This document shows positions 12,886 to 24,624 of a DNA stretch of 64,000 bases, piece by piece (the first letter of the stretch is position 1; each line of letters begins with the position of its first letter). A program made the position numbers and the translations under genes. The notes under the pieces are model-generated. The model saw only the letters and a program-made list of their open reading frames with translations. It did not search any database and was not told the origin of the DNA. This DNA is from Lama glama. Its lineage: Eukaryota. The stretch covers positions 12,276,001 to 12,340,000 of the forward strand of contig CM052842.1 in assembly GCA_028534125.1 (NCBI GenBank). Direction: 5' to 3'.

Positions 12886-15509
12886 ATTTAAAATAATAGT
12901 TTAGTTTGAAAATGACTAGTTTTATGGCAGCCAGTGTGGAATGCCTGCATCCTGAGGCTGTTCAGAATGATATATATTGGGTTTCTTCTCACACGTGCAC
13001 CCAGGGCGGGAGAAACTGAATTAAGAATGCTTTTTCTATTTGTTTCTCATCGCTTAAAATGTCTATGTGTGTGTGTTTTAAATGTATACATTATACTCAT
13101 ATATTAAAACATGCATGTAATTGTATTAAAATTATGGAATTAATGAATAGAGCAGCTCTCAATCGAGGGAGTTTGATAAAATTATTATTGTTTTTTAACC
13201 ACACTTCTCCATCTGAAGTGGGTGCATTAACCAGTAACTAATACTGAGGATTGCCACGGAAGCCTTTAGAGCTTTTAGAAATTCGCAGATTGAGGTGACA
13301 AGGACTCCGGGAGCCTCCTGACCCTTCAGTCTTTTTATCTTGGTTCTAGTAAAGTCTCTCCCTGAGCAGACCAAACCAGTGAGTGCTTGGAGAGAACTGT
13401 AATGTAAACGGATATCCTCAAGTGGAGAAAAGGCTTAAGGGACCTTTATTTTCTTCCATTCACACAAAACTCCTGCTCATCCTTTAACTCTCAGTGTAGG
13501 CATCCCTGCTCCCACCATCCCAGTCACCCTCTCCACCTCCCACCACACAGATCCCCAAATGTGGGCAGCTGCCTCCCCACGTGTGCCTGTGAAAACCCAT
13601 TTGTCTCTCTGTGTACACTTGGGACACAGACTGATGTTATTCCTGTGTCTGCTTTACCAGATGGTGATTCCACTGTGGGCAGGACTCAGCTTTACAGGGC
13701 CTGATGGAGAGAGTGCACAGCACATCCTAACTAACCAGTGAATGGCTTCCAAATAAAGACATTCCGCTGTAAGTAAAGCAGATGTAGAGCAATCCTCACA
13801 GCCAAACTGGGAAATGGCAGTTCACCTTGTGCAGAGAAGGACTGACAGAAGTGCTCATGGTACAGCAGTCACTGTGATGACAGTTAACTATGTTAACTCA
13901 TCTAAACCCAACAACCCCCCTTCAGGGTGTGAACAATTGTTAATTTCAATGTGCACATGAGGAAATAAAATCCTGAGAGATGCATGACTTGTCTCAGGTC
14001 ACACAGCAAGTAGAGGAGCCAGGAGTTGAAAGAGTGGAACCTAAATTCCATGAAGGCAGAGCCCACGTCAATCTTCCTCCACCAGGAACACTCAGGGCCT
14101 GATATGTGTAACAGGTGGAATGAACTCATTCGGGTGCCCCTGACATCAGCTCCCTCTCCATAGTCTGTGGCAGGAAGGGAACTCCTCAGCCCCCAGAAAC
14201 GTGGCTCCCTAATCATCTTCTTCAGTGTCTCTCCCCCGCCTTCCTCCCCAGTTTGGCTCAAGCCCCAGCTTGTCATCTCTGGGTTAAGGAGAGGAAGCCA
14301 TAGGCACATATGTGAGAAGAAATCCAATATGTGAAAGAGGAAATGATGAAGGCACACACAGGAAGGCCATTCTGTGAGATGGGGATGGAAATTAACGGGC
14401 TCTCTCTGCCAACACATTGGAGAGCCTACTGTGCACAAAACACTGTACTTTTTAATCCTTACAACTATCATCTCCAACACATCTCTCACTGCTTCTTTGG
14501 TTCCAAGCTGATCCAAAGGCGATGCTCCAAACACTTCCTGAGCATTCCAACTTTGGCATCTGTTGGTCTCTTCAACCAACATCTGCTTTTGCCCTGACTC
14601 CACTTAACAAAATCTCACCCAGTTGTTTTTTTTTTTCCATCTCTGCCATGACATCTCTTTATTTTTCAACCTTTCTGTAGATTTTGCTTTTTTAATTTGA
14701 ATTTTTGGATAATTGTAGATTCACATGCATCATAAGAAATAATATGAAGATCCATTCCATGTACACTTTAGCCCATTTCCCCTACTGGTAACAATATGCA
14801 AAACTGTAGTATAAATTTCACAACCAAGATATTGACACTGATACAATTCACCCAGTTTTTAAGAGCCAATTCAGACACTACCTCTTTGAAGACGTCCCCA
14901 TTCAAGTCTCAGAACTCTTCCTCCCCACCTCTGCACTCATACCACGTGCTATCACTCACATGGCACTTACTGTATCCCAATTCTTTCAGCATTTGTTATT
15001 TCTGCTGGTAGCTTGTGAGCCCCTCAGACAGTATCTAATGTCTCTTCATATTTCCTGAGGCTCACGTATACTATATAATACTGTATTTGTACTTAATATT
15101 TGCAGAATAACACAACTAGCAGCAACCCTGTCCTCCTTGCCTCTGCTGCTAGAGAAGGACAAGCAGCCCAGCCCTACCCAGGCAGCCAAATGCCAGGGAC
15201 AATCGCAATGCTGATAAAGCCACACTTTCCTCTACTTCCTTCATCAGGCAAACAAGCCCAGAGGGCTTCAAAGGGCACCAAAATGAAGCTCTGAAAAGTA
15301 GTTCTCAACCTATTGTCATCCCAAAGTGATTCCTTACAATTAGTCAAATCCAACCATAAACAGTGATGGCAGAGAGCCACAAAATAAGGTGAGGCCTGAA
15401 AAACCACAGAATATCTCACTTTCCTTACAGCTTCTTGCATTGGTCCTGATGATGTCAGCCAGGAAGGGAAGATGAAAAGCGAGTCTGAGGCCTGTATAAA
15501 TCTAAGATT

Positions 15510-15815
15510 TTTAATTCAAACTTTAAAAAACAGTTTGCAATTGGCAGCTACTGCACAAGCTTAAGGCTGGAAATCTAGCTTCCTTATGACTTAAAGCAGT
15601 CATCCTAAGCCCTTTTTCTACCACAATAAACCTAACATAAGACATTGCCCGCCTCCCCAGCACTCATTTAGGAATGCTAAAGTAGGGGAATGGAGTTAAT
15701 ACACTGGAGTCATTTCTGTCCCCTTGCCTCCCTCATTTAGTCAGTCATAATAACAAAGAAGCACCACTTCAATGCCTTGATTTGGACTCCACTGCTTTGG
15801 CCCATCAATTTTATT
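15510..15815 (-). terminator. TRMT12: Candidate TRMT12 polyadenylation signals: AATAAA (15815-15810) and ATTAAA (15515-15510)
   Basis: Hexamers on the minus strand about 0.57 kb and 0.87 kb downstream of the stop codon. Which one is used cannot be determined here. Confidence 0.45.
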
Positions 15816-15819
15816 TCTC

Positions 15820-15960
15820 AAGTCCATCCACCTCCCACTGCCACCACTCTGGTCCAAGCCACCATCATCTCATGCCTGAACAACCATAGAAGCCTCCTCA
15901 CCGGCCTCCCTGCTTCAATCCTTGTTCTGCTCCGGGCAATTTTTCATACTGTAGCTGAAG
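15820..15960 (+). mobile_element. L2 fragment within the presumptive TRMT12 3' UTR (antisense to the gene)
   Basis: 'ccactgccaccactctggtccaagccaccatcatctc...gcctcctcaccggcctccctgcttc' is a typical L2 3' region. Confidence 0.65.
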
Positions 15961-16386
15961 TGGTTTTCGAAACAGCACTGTGTCCTTCACTCTAACCAGT
16001 GCCCTGTGTACAGCTACTTATTAGGTAACAGTCATGTGAGACCATTCAAAGAAACCTTCATCTTGCAAACAAGAAAGTCTATGGCCAACAGAATATTGGA
16101 ACCACACATGCAAGGTCAGACAGAACTGAGCTCAGAATTCAGAATTCATGATCGCACAGACGGGCTTCATTTCTATGAGCTCATAGCACTTCTTCCAGAT
16201 AAGCAGCTCATTCTCCCTGTGTTAATGGGAGACAATAAAATGATATATATTGGTTTAGAGCCTGCTTTCAGGACTACAAAATATTAAAACATGTTACCAG
16301 GAGACAAGAGGGGTGAGACCGCGGCCTGAGCTGATGCATTAAGGATCACTCACACAGAGATCCTCATGTCTCAGGAGCCACCCTCT

Positions 16387-17706
16387 CTAGCCAACTAGAG
16401 GACAAGGGCGGCAGTCCAGATCCAGGACTATGTGATCCACGTGGGGAGCATAGGATTTCACTGGCTGGATGTGCAAAATTTGTGTCTTCCACGGCTTCCC
16501 GTGCACCCGCTGAAGGAGAGTAGCAATGCGAGTTTCTGCAGACTCCGCCCACCTTTGCCACGCTGGTTTGGTGGCTGCTGACAGCATTTTTCTCCCAGAG
16601 TCACTGGTAGCTCCGTTTTCCAACTCGTTGGTGATAATAAGCTGAGGAGAAAGCCAATGCTCCTTCTCCGTGTCACTGTTCCCAGGAGGCTGGACAGTCT
16701 TCCCTGGGAAAGATTCCACATTTTGGTGAATATGCAAAATGCCTCCAGCATCCCGTCTTAGCACTTGGCAGGCAATGGGCCAGCCTTCTTCAGAGCTGGG
16801 AATCAGCCCCAGGTTCACCCTGTCCCCAACGTTTGAAAGCTTCAGTTTTCTGTTATCCCCAAAGTGTATTTGGCACCGATCCACTACTCCATTGAGCTCA
16901 AGGTTATTTCTCAGAGCAACTACAGCATGGGGGTTCCACTCACAGGCATGGACAAAGGCAGCACCAGCATGAACTAGGAAAGGCAATGTGAAATAACCAA
17001 TCCCTGCATAGAGATCCACCAGTACTTCTCCAGCACAGGGCAACGAAGCCACACGAAGCTTCTCAGTGATGTTTCCGAAGGAGAACATGCACTGGGTCAC
17101 GTCAAACTTATATCGGATGCCATTATCCACATGCTCTACCCAGCCACTGTCACCTAGCAGCAGACTCACTGCCGGAGTCCGAGCGCCATCCGGTGATACC
17201 CGCCCTCGTTTGGCCAAACGCTGGACGCCAAGTGCCAAGGCAACAGTCTCCCAGAGTTCTGGTTCCAGATTTCTCCACTGCTTGGCTTGGAAACAGTCCT
17301 CACTCAGCAACAAGAGATCACCGTGTCGTTGCCAAGATCGGGGCAGATCAGCCTCCAACTCAGCTGACCACGTCACTCCGCAGCCCTCTACCCAGCGCCT
17401 CACCTCAAGACACAGCCTTTGGGCAGGTGAAAAACCCCGGGCCTTCTTTGAAGGAACAGGCTCCAGGAGCTGCGTTAGCACACACGGGCTGCCTGGAGCC
17501 ACACGATTCGTCAGCTCCCGCAGGTGCTGCTCAGGGAGGGCCTCTCCCAGCACCGGTAGCGCCACGGTGCCATCCGGCATCTTTTCCACACGGTGCTGTC
17601 TATCCAGGAGTTTCTGCTTCTCGAGATACTCCCTGTACCGCTGGGTAAACCGAGGCTCAGTTACAACTGCGACAACAGCCGCGGGCTTCCCGCCTTCCTT
17701 TTCCAT
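16387..17706 (-). CDS. TRMT12: tRNA wybutosine-synthesizing protein 2 homolog (TYW2; SAM-dependent aminocarboxypropyl transferase), 439 aa, single coding exon
   Basis: Uninterrupted 439-aa ORF with strong Kozak context (AGCATGG). Contains SAM-binding motif VDLYAGIGYF, MFSFGNITEKLR, CEWNPHAV and C-terminal VKSYAPHVDHIVLDL; closely matches remembered human TRMT12. Confidence 0.97.
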   Translation of the reverse strand: MEKEGGKPAAVVAVVTEPRFTQRYREYLEKQKLLDRQHRVEKMPDGTVALPVLGEALPEQHLRELTNRVAPGSPCVLTQLLEPVPSKKARGFSPAQRLCLEVRRWVEGCGVTWSAELEADLPRSWQRHGDLLLLSEDCFQAKQWRNLEPELWETVALALGVQRLAKRGRVSPDGARTPAVSLLLGDSGWVEHVDNGIRYKFDVTQCMFSFGNITEKLRVASLPCAGEVLVDLYAGIGYFTLPFLVHAGAAFVHACEWNPHAVVALRNNLELNGVVDRCQIHFGDNRKLKLSNVGDRVNLGLIPSSEEGWPIACQVLRRDAGGILHIHQNVESFPGKTVQPPGNSDTEKEHWLSPQLIITNELENGATSDSGRKMLSAATKPAWQRWAESAETRIATLLQRVHGKPWKTQILHIQPVKSYAPHVDHIVLDLDCRPCPLVG

Positions 17707-17950
17707 GCTGCTGGCCCCACATTCTCCGACTCCCTCCGCAAGACTCCCAGTGCTCGGAGTCCACTCACCTAGGTTCTCACATCCACGCTCAAGCAGGAAG
17801 AGAGGCGAGCAAGCCGCCGGCCGGGGCCGGAAGTGATGTCAAACAGTCAGGCCGGAACTAAGTGACCTTGTCCCGCTGGTTGACGAATGGCGTCGCCGTG
17901 TGAAGCCGCTGCCGCCATCTTTGTTGTGGCCAACCATTACTTGCTCGAAC
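17640..17950 (-). promoter_or_regulatory. TRMT12: TRMT12 CpG-rich promoter/5' leader with ETS(GABP) and YY1 motifs
   Basis: CCGGAAGTG at 17827-17835, a second CCGGAA at 17852-17857, and AAGATGGCGGC on the minus strand (17911-17921); I saw no TATA box. Confidence 0.8.
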
Positions 17951-18284
17951 CTAGGAGGAAGTTAATAAATAGAAGGACTTCCGTCGGCTTAAAAACTTCA
18001 AGTTAGCTGGTATCTTCCAGAATTCTGATGCACGCTCTTCAATGCTGTTCACAGATCCAAAGAAAGAGGTGAACCTGGAAAGATGGGCCAATTTGGAGAA
18101 AGGTTTCCCATATTGTCTTGCTGCGCTCAGGTCGGCATCAGCGGCCAGTATTGGTTGAGAGTGAAGAGTCAGATGTAGCCTCTTCATTCCTTTTCCTTGC
18201 AATGACAGTCATCACCACCTCACTGTCCTGTAGTATAGGACACAAATGTTTGGAAGGCTGAAGGATCTGAGTTGGGGTAAATTA

Positions 18285-18535
18285 TACCACATACAACAGC
18301 TGCACCAAACTACATTCCCATCAACAGTGTAGGAGGGCTTGCTTTTCTCCATACCCTCTCCAAAATGTAGGAGGTCAGAGAACATATTTTGATATGATTT
18401 TAATCCTTTTACATTTATCAAGACTTGTTTCACAGCTTAGCATAATGGTCTATCCTGAAGAATGTTCCATGTGCTCTTGAGAAGAATGTGTACTCTTCTG
18501 TAGTTGGGTGGAGTGTTCCAAGGATCTGTCTGTTA
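18285..18535 (-). mobile_element. L1 fragments
   Basis: 'ctgcaccaaactacattcccatcaacagtgtaggaggg' and 'ggtctatcctgaagaatgttccatgtgctcttgagaagaatgtgtactc' are reverse-strand L1 ORF2 pieces. Confidence 0.7.
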
Positions 18536-19163
18536 GCTGACATCTTTGCAGTTCATGCTCAGGTAAAATAATGGTCCCTACAGTTAAATCACAAACAGTC
18601 TCAATTCAGAAACTAGAATGCCTAGTATCAAGTACTAATCTAAACACATGGCCTTCTTTTTATTCCCTTGTACTCAACACACTCCCTCCCTTCATTGCAG
18701 CTCACTTTCATGACTGCTCTCACCGCCCAGAAAACTCCCTTCCTAACCTGGTTATACCAGAGATCTCAGGCCAATCAGAACATTCTCAGGAAAACCCTCT
18801 ATGACCTCCTACCCATCTCCCCTCTAAGTCAAATCTCTATCAGCGACTCTCAGAAAACCATGCTCTTCTCTGATAGCCTTTTCCAGTAGTACTTTTTCAT
18901 CTTTTAATTTGATGAATGGCTATCTTCCCCGAGTGTGTATGTTTCAAGGGGCAAGGAGCTGGATTTCCCCCTTCGTTATTATATTTCCTTATTGTATTTA
19001 TGAGGGCCCACCACACATAGTACACCCTTATAAAGTATTTGGAGAATAAACACATAAATGAGTGAGCGAATGAATGAATGAGGTAAGGAAAGAAGAAAGA
19101 ACTTCAGGGAAAAAAGAGAAACAAAACAGTTCATAGCCAGAAAGAGTTTTAGTTCCAAAATAT

Positions 19164-19181
19164 TGCCACTAGATGGCAGCA
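19164..19181 (+). promoter_or_regulatory. CTCF motif
   Basis: TGCCACTAGATGGCAGCA fits the CTCF core consensus CCASYAGRKGGCRS. Confidence 0.65.
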
Positions 19182-19316
19182 ATAACCAGCACCAAAGTAG
19201 TAGAAGCCTCTGAATTCTTGGGTTTCAGATGGTTTGGATTTTCAAGGCTCCTCAGGGGTCCTACCATGGCCAAGGTCTCCATGGGCCTTTTTTCATCAGT
19301 CTATATTAGAGCCTCC

Positions 19317-19430
19317 TTTTTTGGGGTGTGGGAGGTAACTAGGTTTGTTTATTTTTTAATAGAGGTAGTGGGGATTGAACCTCGTGCATGCTAAGCATGC
19401 ACTCTACCACTGAGCTATACCCTCCCCCCC
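19317..19430 (-). mobile_element. tRNA-Ala-derived SINE (camelid vic-1 type)
   Basis: Minus strand reads GGGGAGGGTATAGCTCAGTGGTAGAGTGCATGCTTAGCATGCACGAGG(del)TTCAATCCCCACTACCTC followed by an AT-rich body and A tail. Confidence 0.85.
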
Positions 19431-20189
19431 TTAAACATCCCTTATTGACATGGCTAATCCAGATGTGCAAGTGTATCTGGCAGCAAGTAACAGAAACCCC
19501 AACAAACAACAGCTCAGCAGTGGGTGGGGAGGTATACACATTTTAACATAAAAGTCCAGGGCTAGTGTAGGGAAATCTTCAGTAAACCAGGCTTCTTCTC
19601 AGCCTCAGCGTGAGCCTTTCATCCCTGTGGTTTCAAGCTGGCCACTTGACTTCCAGGCTCTGTGAGCACACGGAGGTAGGAAGAAGAGGACAGAGCAAAA
19701 AGAGACAAGGTTAAATTGAGAATACATTTAGTTTGGGGTCAGTGGGATACACTTATGTGATCGCAGTCATTTCTGTGTGTAGTTAAGTACTAGCTAGCTG
19801 TTCCGGTTTGGGAGTAGTTTCCGGGAGCACTCCTATGGCTGGCTGCTGGCTCACTGGCATCTTGGCACAACAGCGCAGAGCCAGCTGTCCCACGATGATG
19901 TGAACACGTTCTCTGGTGCTGGGCACTGGAAGGATGTGGGTTGTGGAGGAGAAACTAGGTTTCTAAAGTAAGAGATCAGTAACTAGAGTGCAGAATATCC
20001 TTTTAGTCTTCAGACAGGTACAATTTTAAATGGAGAAATCAGTTCTCAACAATGTCTGCTTAAAATGGAAGTTCTTTCCTGCCAGGAATATACTAAATAA
20101 TGCAGCACATATAATCATAAATACACCATACATTAACACAACATTGTGAATTGACTATACTTCAGTTTTTTCAAAAAGGGGAAAAAAAG

Positions 20190-21810
20190 ATCTATTCCAA
20201 GTGCAAAAAAGACCAATGGATTTTATTATCAATGGGATATAAAAAAATTCATTGATATGATTTCAGATTCAACATTGCAGGTAGCCTTTAAGAAACTACT
20301 ACCTGTCAAGTTGATGTCAAGTCAAAGATTATCCACAGTTACCTGGAAAAAAGTATCAGAATGCTCCTCTTAATAGGTGAAATAAGTTTTCTTCATACAC
20401 TTAACTCCAACAGCATATTGTGACAGATTGCATGCAGCTGTCTTCCATTAAACTAGACATGAAAGAAATTTAGAAAACTGTAAAACACCAGCCTTCTTAC
20501 TAAATTTTTAAAAAATGTATACTTATTAAAAATGTTAACATTAATTTAAAAAAATTGAAGAGTAAGGTATTTAGTGAAAAATCACAATCAGCACAAGTTC
20601 AACTCACTAAGATACACTCTTCTGATTTAAAAACACACAGCACTCATGAAGCTGCTGGAATGGCAGAGCGGAGCACAAAGCACAGAGCCAGCCTCTGTCT
20701 GAATCATTCCACCAGCCAGCCCCCAATCTCAGGAGCAGTCAAACTTTTCAGGTTTATTCCTCATTTTGGTAGAATAGAGTAGAAACATAAATAAGGAAAT
20801 ATCCCACAAGAAGAAACAGGACAAGAATGAGAAGGACAGGAATAAAAGGGCACCTGGCTCTTGGCTGTTGGCAGCACGGTCACGGTCAGTACCTGCAGAC
20901 AAAGACACACACCTGATGGCTGGATTTCACGTTAGCCCTCCTTTGAGTTTCCCAAAGAATCTCCTGTCACTCAACCCATTAGTCTCAAGTAAGACTCATA
21001 CGTCCGCTCTCTGACAATGTGATTAACTCCTTTATCAAGAAATTATAAAAACAAGTGGCTGCTGGCTGAGAACTTTCTCAAACCTTACATTTCTTATGTA
21101 AACCACATAAGAAAAGAAAAATCCAGTGTTACACTTCCCTATGCTAGCTACCTCAGCGCAGCACAGGCCAGAATATTAAATAAGACAGGGCCAAAACACG
21201 CTTTTCACGTGAAAACATTTAAAACCGTGTCAGTGCAACATTATGTTTCTTCTGAATAAAATCCAAGACAGTAATTTGTTATTTGCTCTTCTTACTTTAA
21301 TGATTACAAGGATGACAAAATTAAAAATCCCATTTTTTTCACTATAATGTAACTCCATAAAATGTATATTTTAATTAAAAATATGTGACAATGCACACAT
21401 TTGAATTTATCAGAATCCTTGTGTTTCTAGGCCACAAAGCAATAGCAATAATAAAAACATCAAGTATGTCTGTGGTGAAGTTGCTTCTTTTGTGCATTCC
21501 AACCAGGGGTAATAAAAAACAAATTTCAATCAACCATGGAAAGACTGAATTATATTTCTTTTCTCTCTGTAGAAAATAATTGTATGAAATTGTTGTCACA
21601 TGTGGATGGGATCAAAGATCTGCAGCTAAATATGCAGAAAAGGGATTTTAGTTGCATTTGACACTTTAATAACGTTTGTTGTTATTTTTCAACATTTTGT
21701 CATGTTTGTGGTAGTTGCCAGTTTTTTCAAAGTTAGCAATAGGTTGGATTTTCTTTTCTTAATTCTAAATATTCACCTTTGTCCCTCATTTTATATTTGT
21801 AATTTTGTGT
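20190..21810. mobile_element. hAT-Charlie (Charlie1-like) fragments, interrupted
   Basis: Pieces 'aaaattcattgatatgatttcagattcaacattgcag...aagaaactactacctgtcaag' (about 20240-20480) and 'acatttgaatttatcagaatccttgtg...tcaaccatggaaagactgaatta' (about 21400-21560) resemble hAT fossils. Boundaries are approximate. Confidence 0.45.
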
Positions 21811-21816
21811 TTTCCA

Positions 21817-22110
21817 TTTTTTTGAGATGTAATTGACACATTATATTAGTTTCAGGTGTACAACATAATGATTTGCTATCTGATTTAATGCTTATATATA
21901 TTGTAAAATGATCACCCCCGTAAGCCTAGTTAACATCTGTCACTGTACATAGTTACAAATTTTTTTCTTGTGATGAAAACCTTTAAGATCTACTCTCTTA
22001 GCAACTTTCAAATATGCAACCCAGCATTCTGAACGACAGTCACCATGCTGTACATTACCTCCCCAGGACTGACTTATTTATAACTGAAAGCCTGTCCTTT
22101 TTGACCCCTT
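21817..22110 (-). mobile_element. L1 3'-end fragment (L1MA/MB-like)
   Basis: 'ttttttgagatgtaattgacacattatattagtttcaggtgtacaacataatg...tttaagatctactctcttagcaactttcaaatatgcaa' is a reverse-complement L1 3' UTR. Confidence 0.8.
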
Positions 22111-22895
22111 AAGTAAGAGGACCACAGAGTTTTCAGTTTCAGGCCCCACAGAAGCCGGATCTGCTGCTGGCTGTGCTGGGAAGGCCGTGGAGGGGCGTGA
22201 GCAGGGCCCTCCCCTGCATCATCCCCTCCTCCTCGGCTCTGGGCCCACCAGGCAGCACGCCGAGGTACGGGCAGGGCACGAGCGGCTGGCAGAGCCTCTT
22301 CTTGGGCCTCAACGCTTACCCACGACATCTGCAACAAGTAGGGGTTTATTTTCTCCTTTATTTTCTATAATTCAACTTAAAATTTCCAAACTCAAGTTCC
22401 CTTCCTCCCAACTGATAGAAGATTAAACTCATTCCTGGGCATCTTCCCACTGAGGACGGGGCCATGGTCTGGGAGACCCTTCTGCCACCTGGAATTTTGC
22501 CGTGAGTCAATATGATGATGATGCCCAAGTAGGGGTAATGAGGGCTCTGGTCAGCTTCGACTTGCCATCTGCATCTGTGTGGTCTCTTGGGCTCCCACCA
22601 CACTTGGGTAGGTCAGGGGGCTTTGGGGGAGCCTCCCTGTCTTCTCATTTGCTTGGACAAACCCAGAGGCCATTCTGGAGCATGAGGCCTCTTCCCTCTT
22701 CACCCAGGACCTATAGCACCCCTCACCTCTCTCACTTCCTCCATTCCAAAGTTGTCCTTTTTAAATTTTGCCCTCAGGCTTCTTGCTGATAAAAGAAATG
22801 TCCAGATATTGATGTATGGGGGAGTTATTCTGGCTCATGCATGGCTTAACTGGAACTTGAATATACTAACTGGAACAGCCCATTTTGTGGCTTAT

Positions 22896-23294
22896 CGAAG
22901 GTACACCGTACAAATGCTTCAACCAGTAAAGGAAAGGGTGCATTGGCCAGAAGTAAGGAATGTTGGTTTTAAAGATAAAGATTAAATGCCTCCCTACCTG
23001 GGGCATTACCGCTGGTGCTCCTTTGATAATAAGGCTCCCTTTCCAGGTGCCAAGGCCATTCTGACCTGCTGTGTATGTGCTGATCTGTCCTTTTCGAAAC
23101 CTGGAAGGAATGTACCTCTGTCACGATTGATGTTCTTGGTCCTGACAAGATATAAAACTGTGCTGAAAAATCACACATCTTTGGAACAGTTCCCCAGAGC
23201 TCTCTGAGAGGTTGTCTCCCAGGCTGTAGTCCTCAGTTTGGCTCAAATACCTTTTGCTGTTTCTATTATAGATTGTTTATTATTTTCACCAACA
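22896..23294 (+). mobile_element. Probable ERV1-type solo LTR
   Basis: About 400 bp with (T/C)GAAGG...CCAACA ends, TATAAAA at 23151 and an LTR-like R/U5 'gagaggttgtctcccaggctgtagtcctcagtttggctcaaata'. Confidence 0.55.
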
Positions 23295-24624
23295 TTGCCA
23301 AGACTTTTAGTTTGTATCTGGGGTTCCTCCTTGATCCTGGAGATTGGGCTTTGGGGAAAAAATTCAGGAAGAGGGATAGGCTATTTCTGCTCTCTCCTGT
23401 TACATCCCTTCTGAGGTGGCAAGCAGTGAGCCCCATAAATGTGAAGGGGGACAAAGGGAAAAGGGATGACAGGGGAAAACAAAGCTGAGTAAATGAATCC
23501 TTCAAAATGCAATACAACGTATATTTATTCTAAGTGTTTTTGTCAGGACTTGTCCTGTCAAAACCTTACATACTATTTCACATAATCCGCACGACAGCTC
23601 TGTAAGTTGAGTTTTATGCCTTCAATGTGGATGGTGAAACTGAGGCCTGGAGGGACTTGGTAACTTGTGCAAGATGACACGACGCGCGTGTGGGTCTGAA
23701 TGCAGCCTCAGCAGTCCTTGTGTGGCTGTGTCCAGGCGTGGCGTTGGCGTGGCAGGGTTGTGGGCTGTCACTGTGAATCCCAGGACAAGTCTGGCGTCTG
23801 GGAAAGACAGAGCTGGTGCCCAGCTCTGCCAGCTAATAACTGTGGTATCCTGGACCCGCCACTTAAATTACCTGGGCCGCAATGTCTGCATCAGTAAATT
23901 AACACTGTAGAGCTAGATTCTCTGGACTCCAAATTCCTCACAAGAAAATTAACAACGCAGAGCTGGACAGCTTCAAATGCTCTTTCTAGTCCAGACATTC
24001 TGTGGCTCCAAACCGTCTTTTAAGTTCCAGTCACCAAAGCAGTTTCTCTCAGAGTGCTCCTCAGTCCTGCTGACTGGTGTAGGCTGGGACAGGGTGGCCC
24101 GCTGGGAGACTCAGCCCATGAAAGCGGGCACTCAGAAGGAATCCAAGGACACAACCTGAAAGCACCAGGGATTTACCTTAGACTACCTCCTGAAGGGTCT
24201 GCGGAGTCAGACAGGAAGGGTGTCGGCAATGCTACAGCAGCAAAGCTCTGGACAAACCCACCAGTTGCAGGGCTGGGGGGGTTCAAGGGCAGCAGCGTCT
24301 GGGACCTGCCCCTGGAGGAGAACACTCAGGCATTTTGATGGCCAGCCTGGGGAACTCACTGGAAGGGGTGGCAAGGGGCAGCCCAGGACAGCGTGGCTGC
24401 ACACAAGCACTCCACTCAGCAGCAGGACTTCTGATGGGACGGCTTTTCATCTCTACTTCTTACGTTAAAGGCAGCTGGAGCCAAGGAGAGACCAAGGAAC
24501 CTAGCCCAGCACCTGCAGGGCAGGAAAAGGTGTACAGGCCACTGGTTTACCAGCAAATGAATGTTAAACAGGATTCCCCCATTATCTAACCCAAACCCTC
24601 CTCCTCCTCCTTTTACAGGGGCTG

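Noticed and set aside
13902-14603. 233-aa minus-strand ORF
   Set aside because: GTG start, runs through a MIR (about 13875-14080), no domain or coding-like composition; probably a chance ORF.
17066-17836. 256-aa plus-strand ORF (and 151-aa ORF 17193-17648)
   Set aside because: Antisense shadow of the GC-rich TRMT12 CDS; non-ATG start and no recognisable protein.
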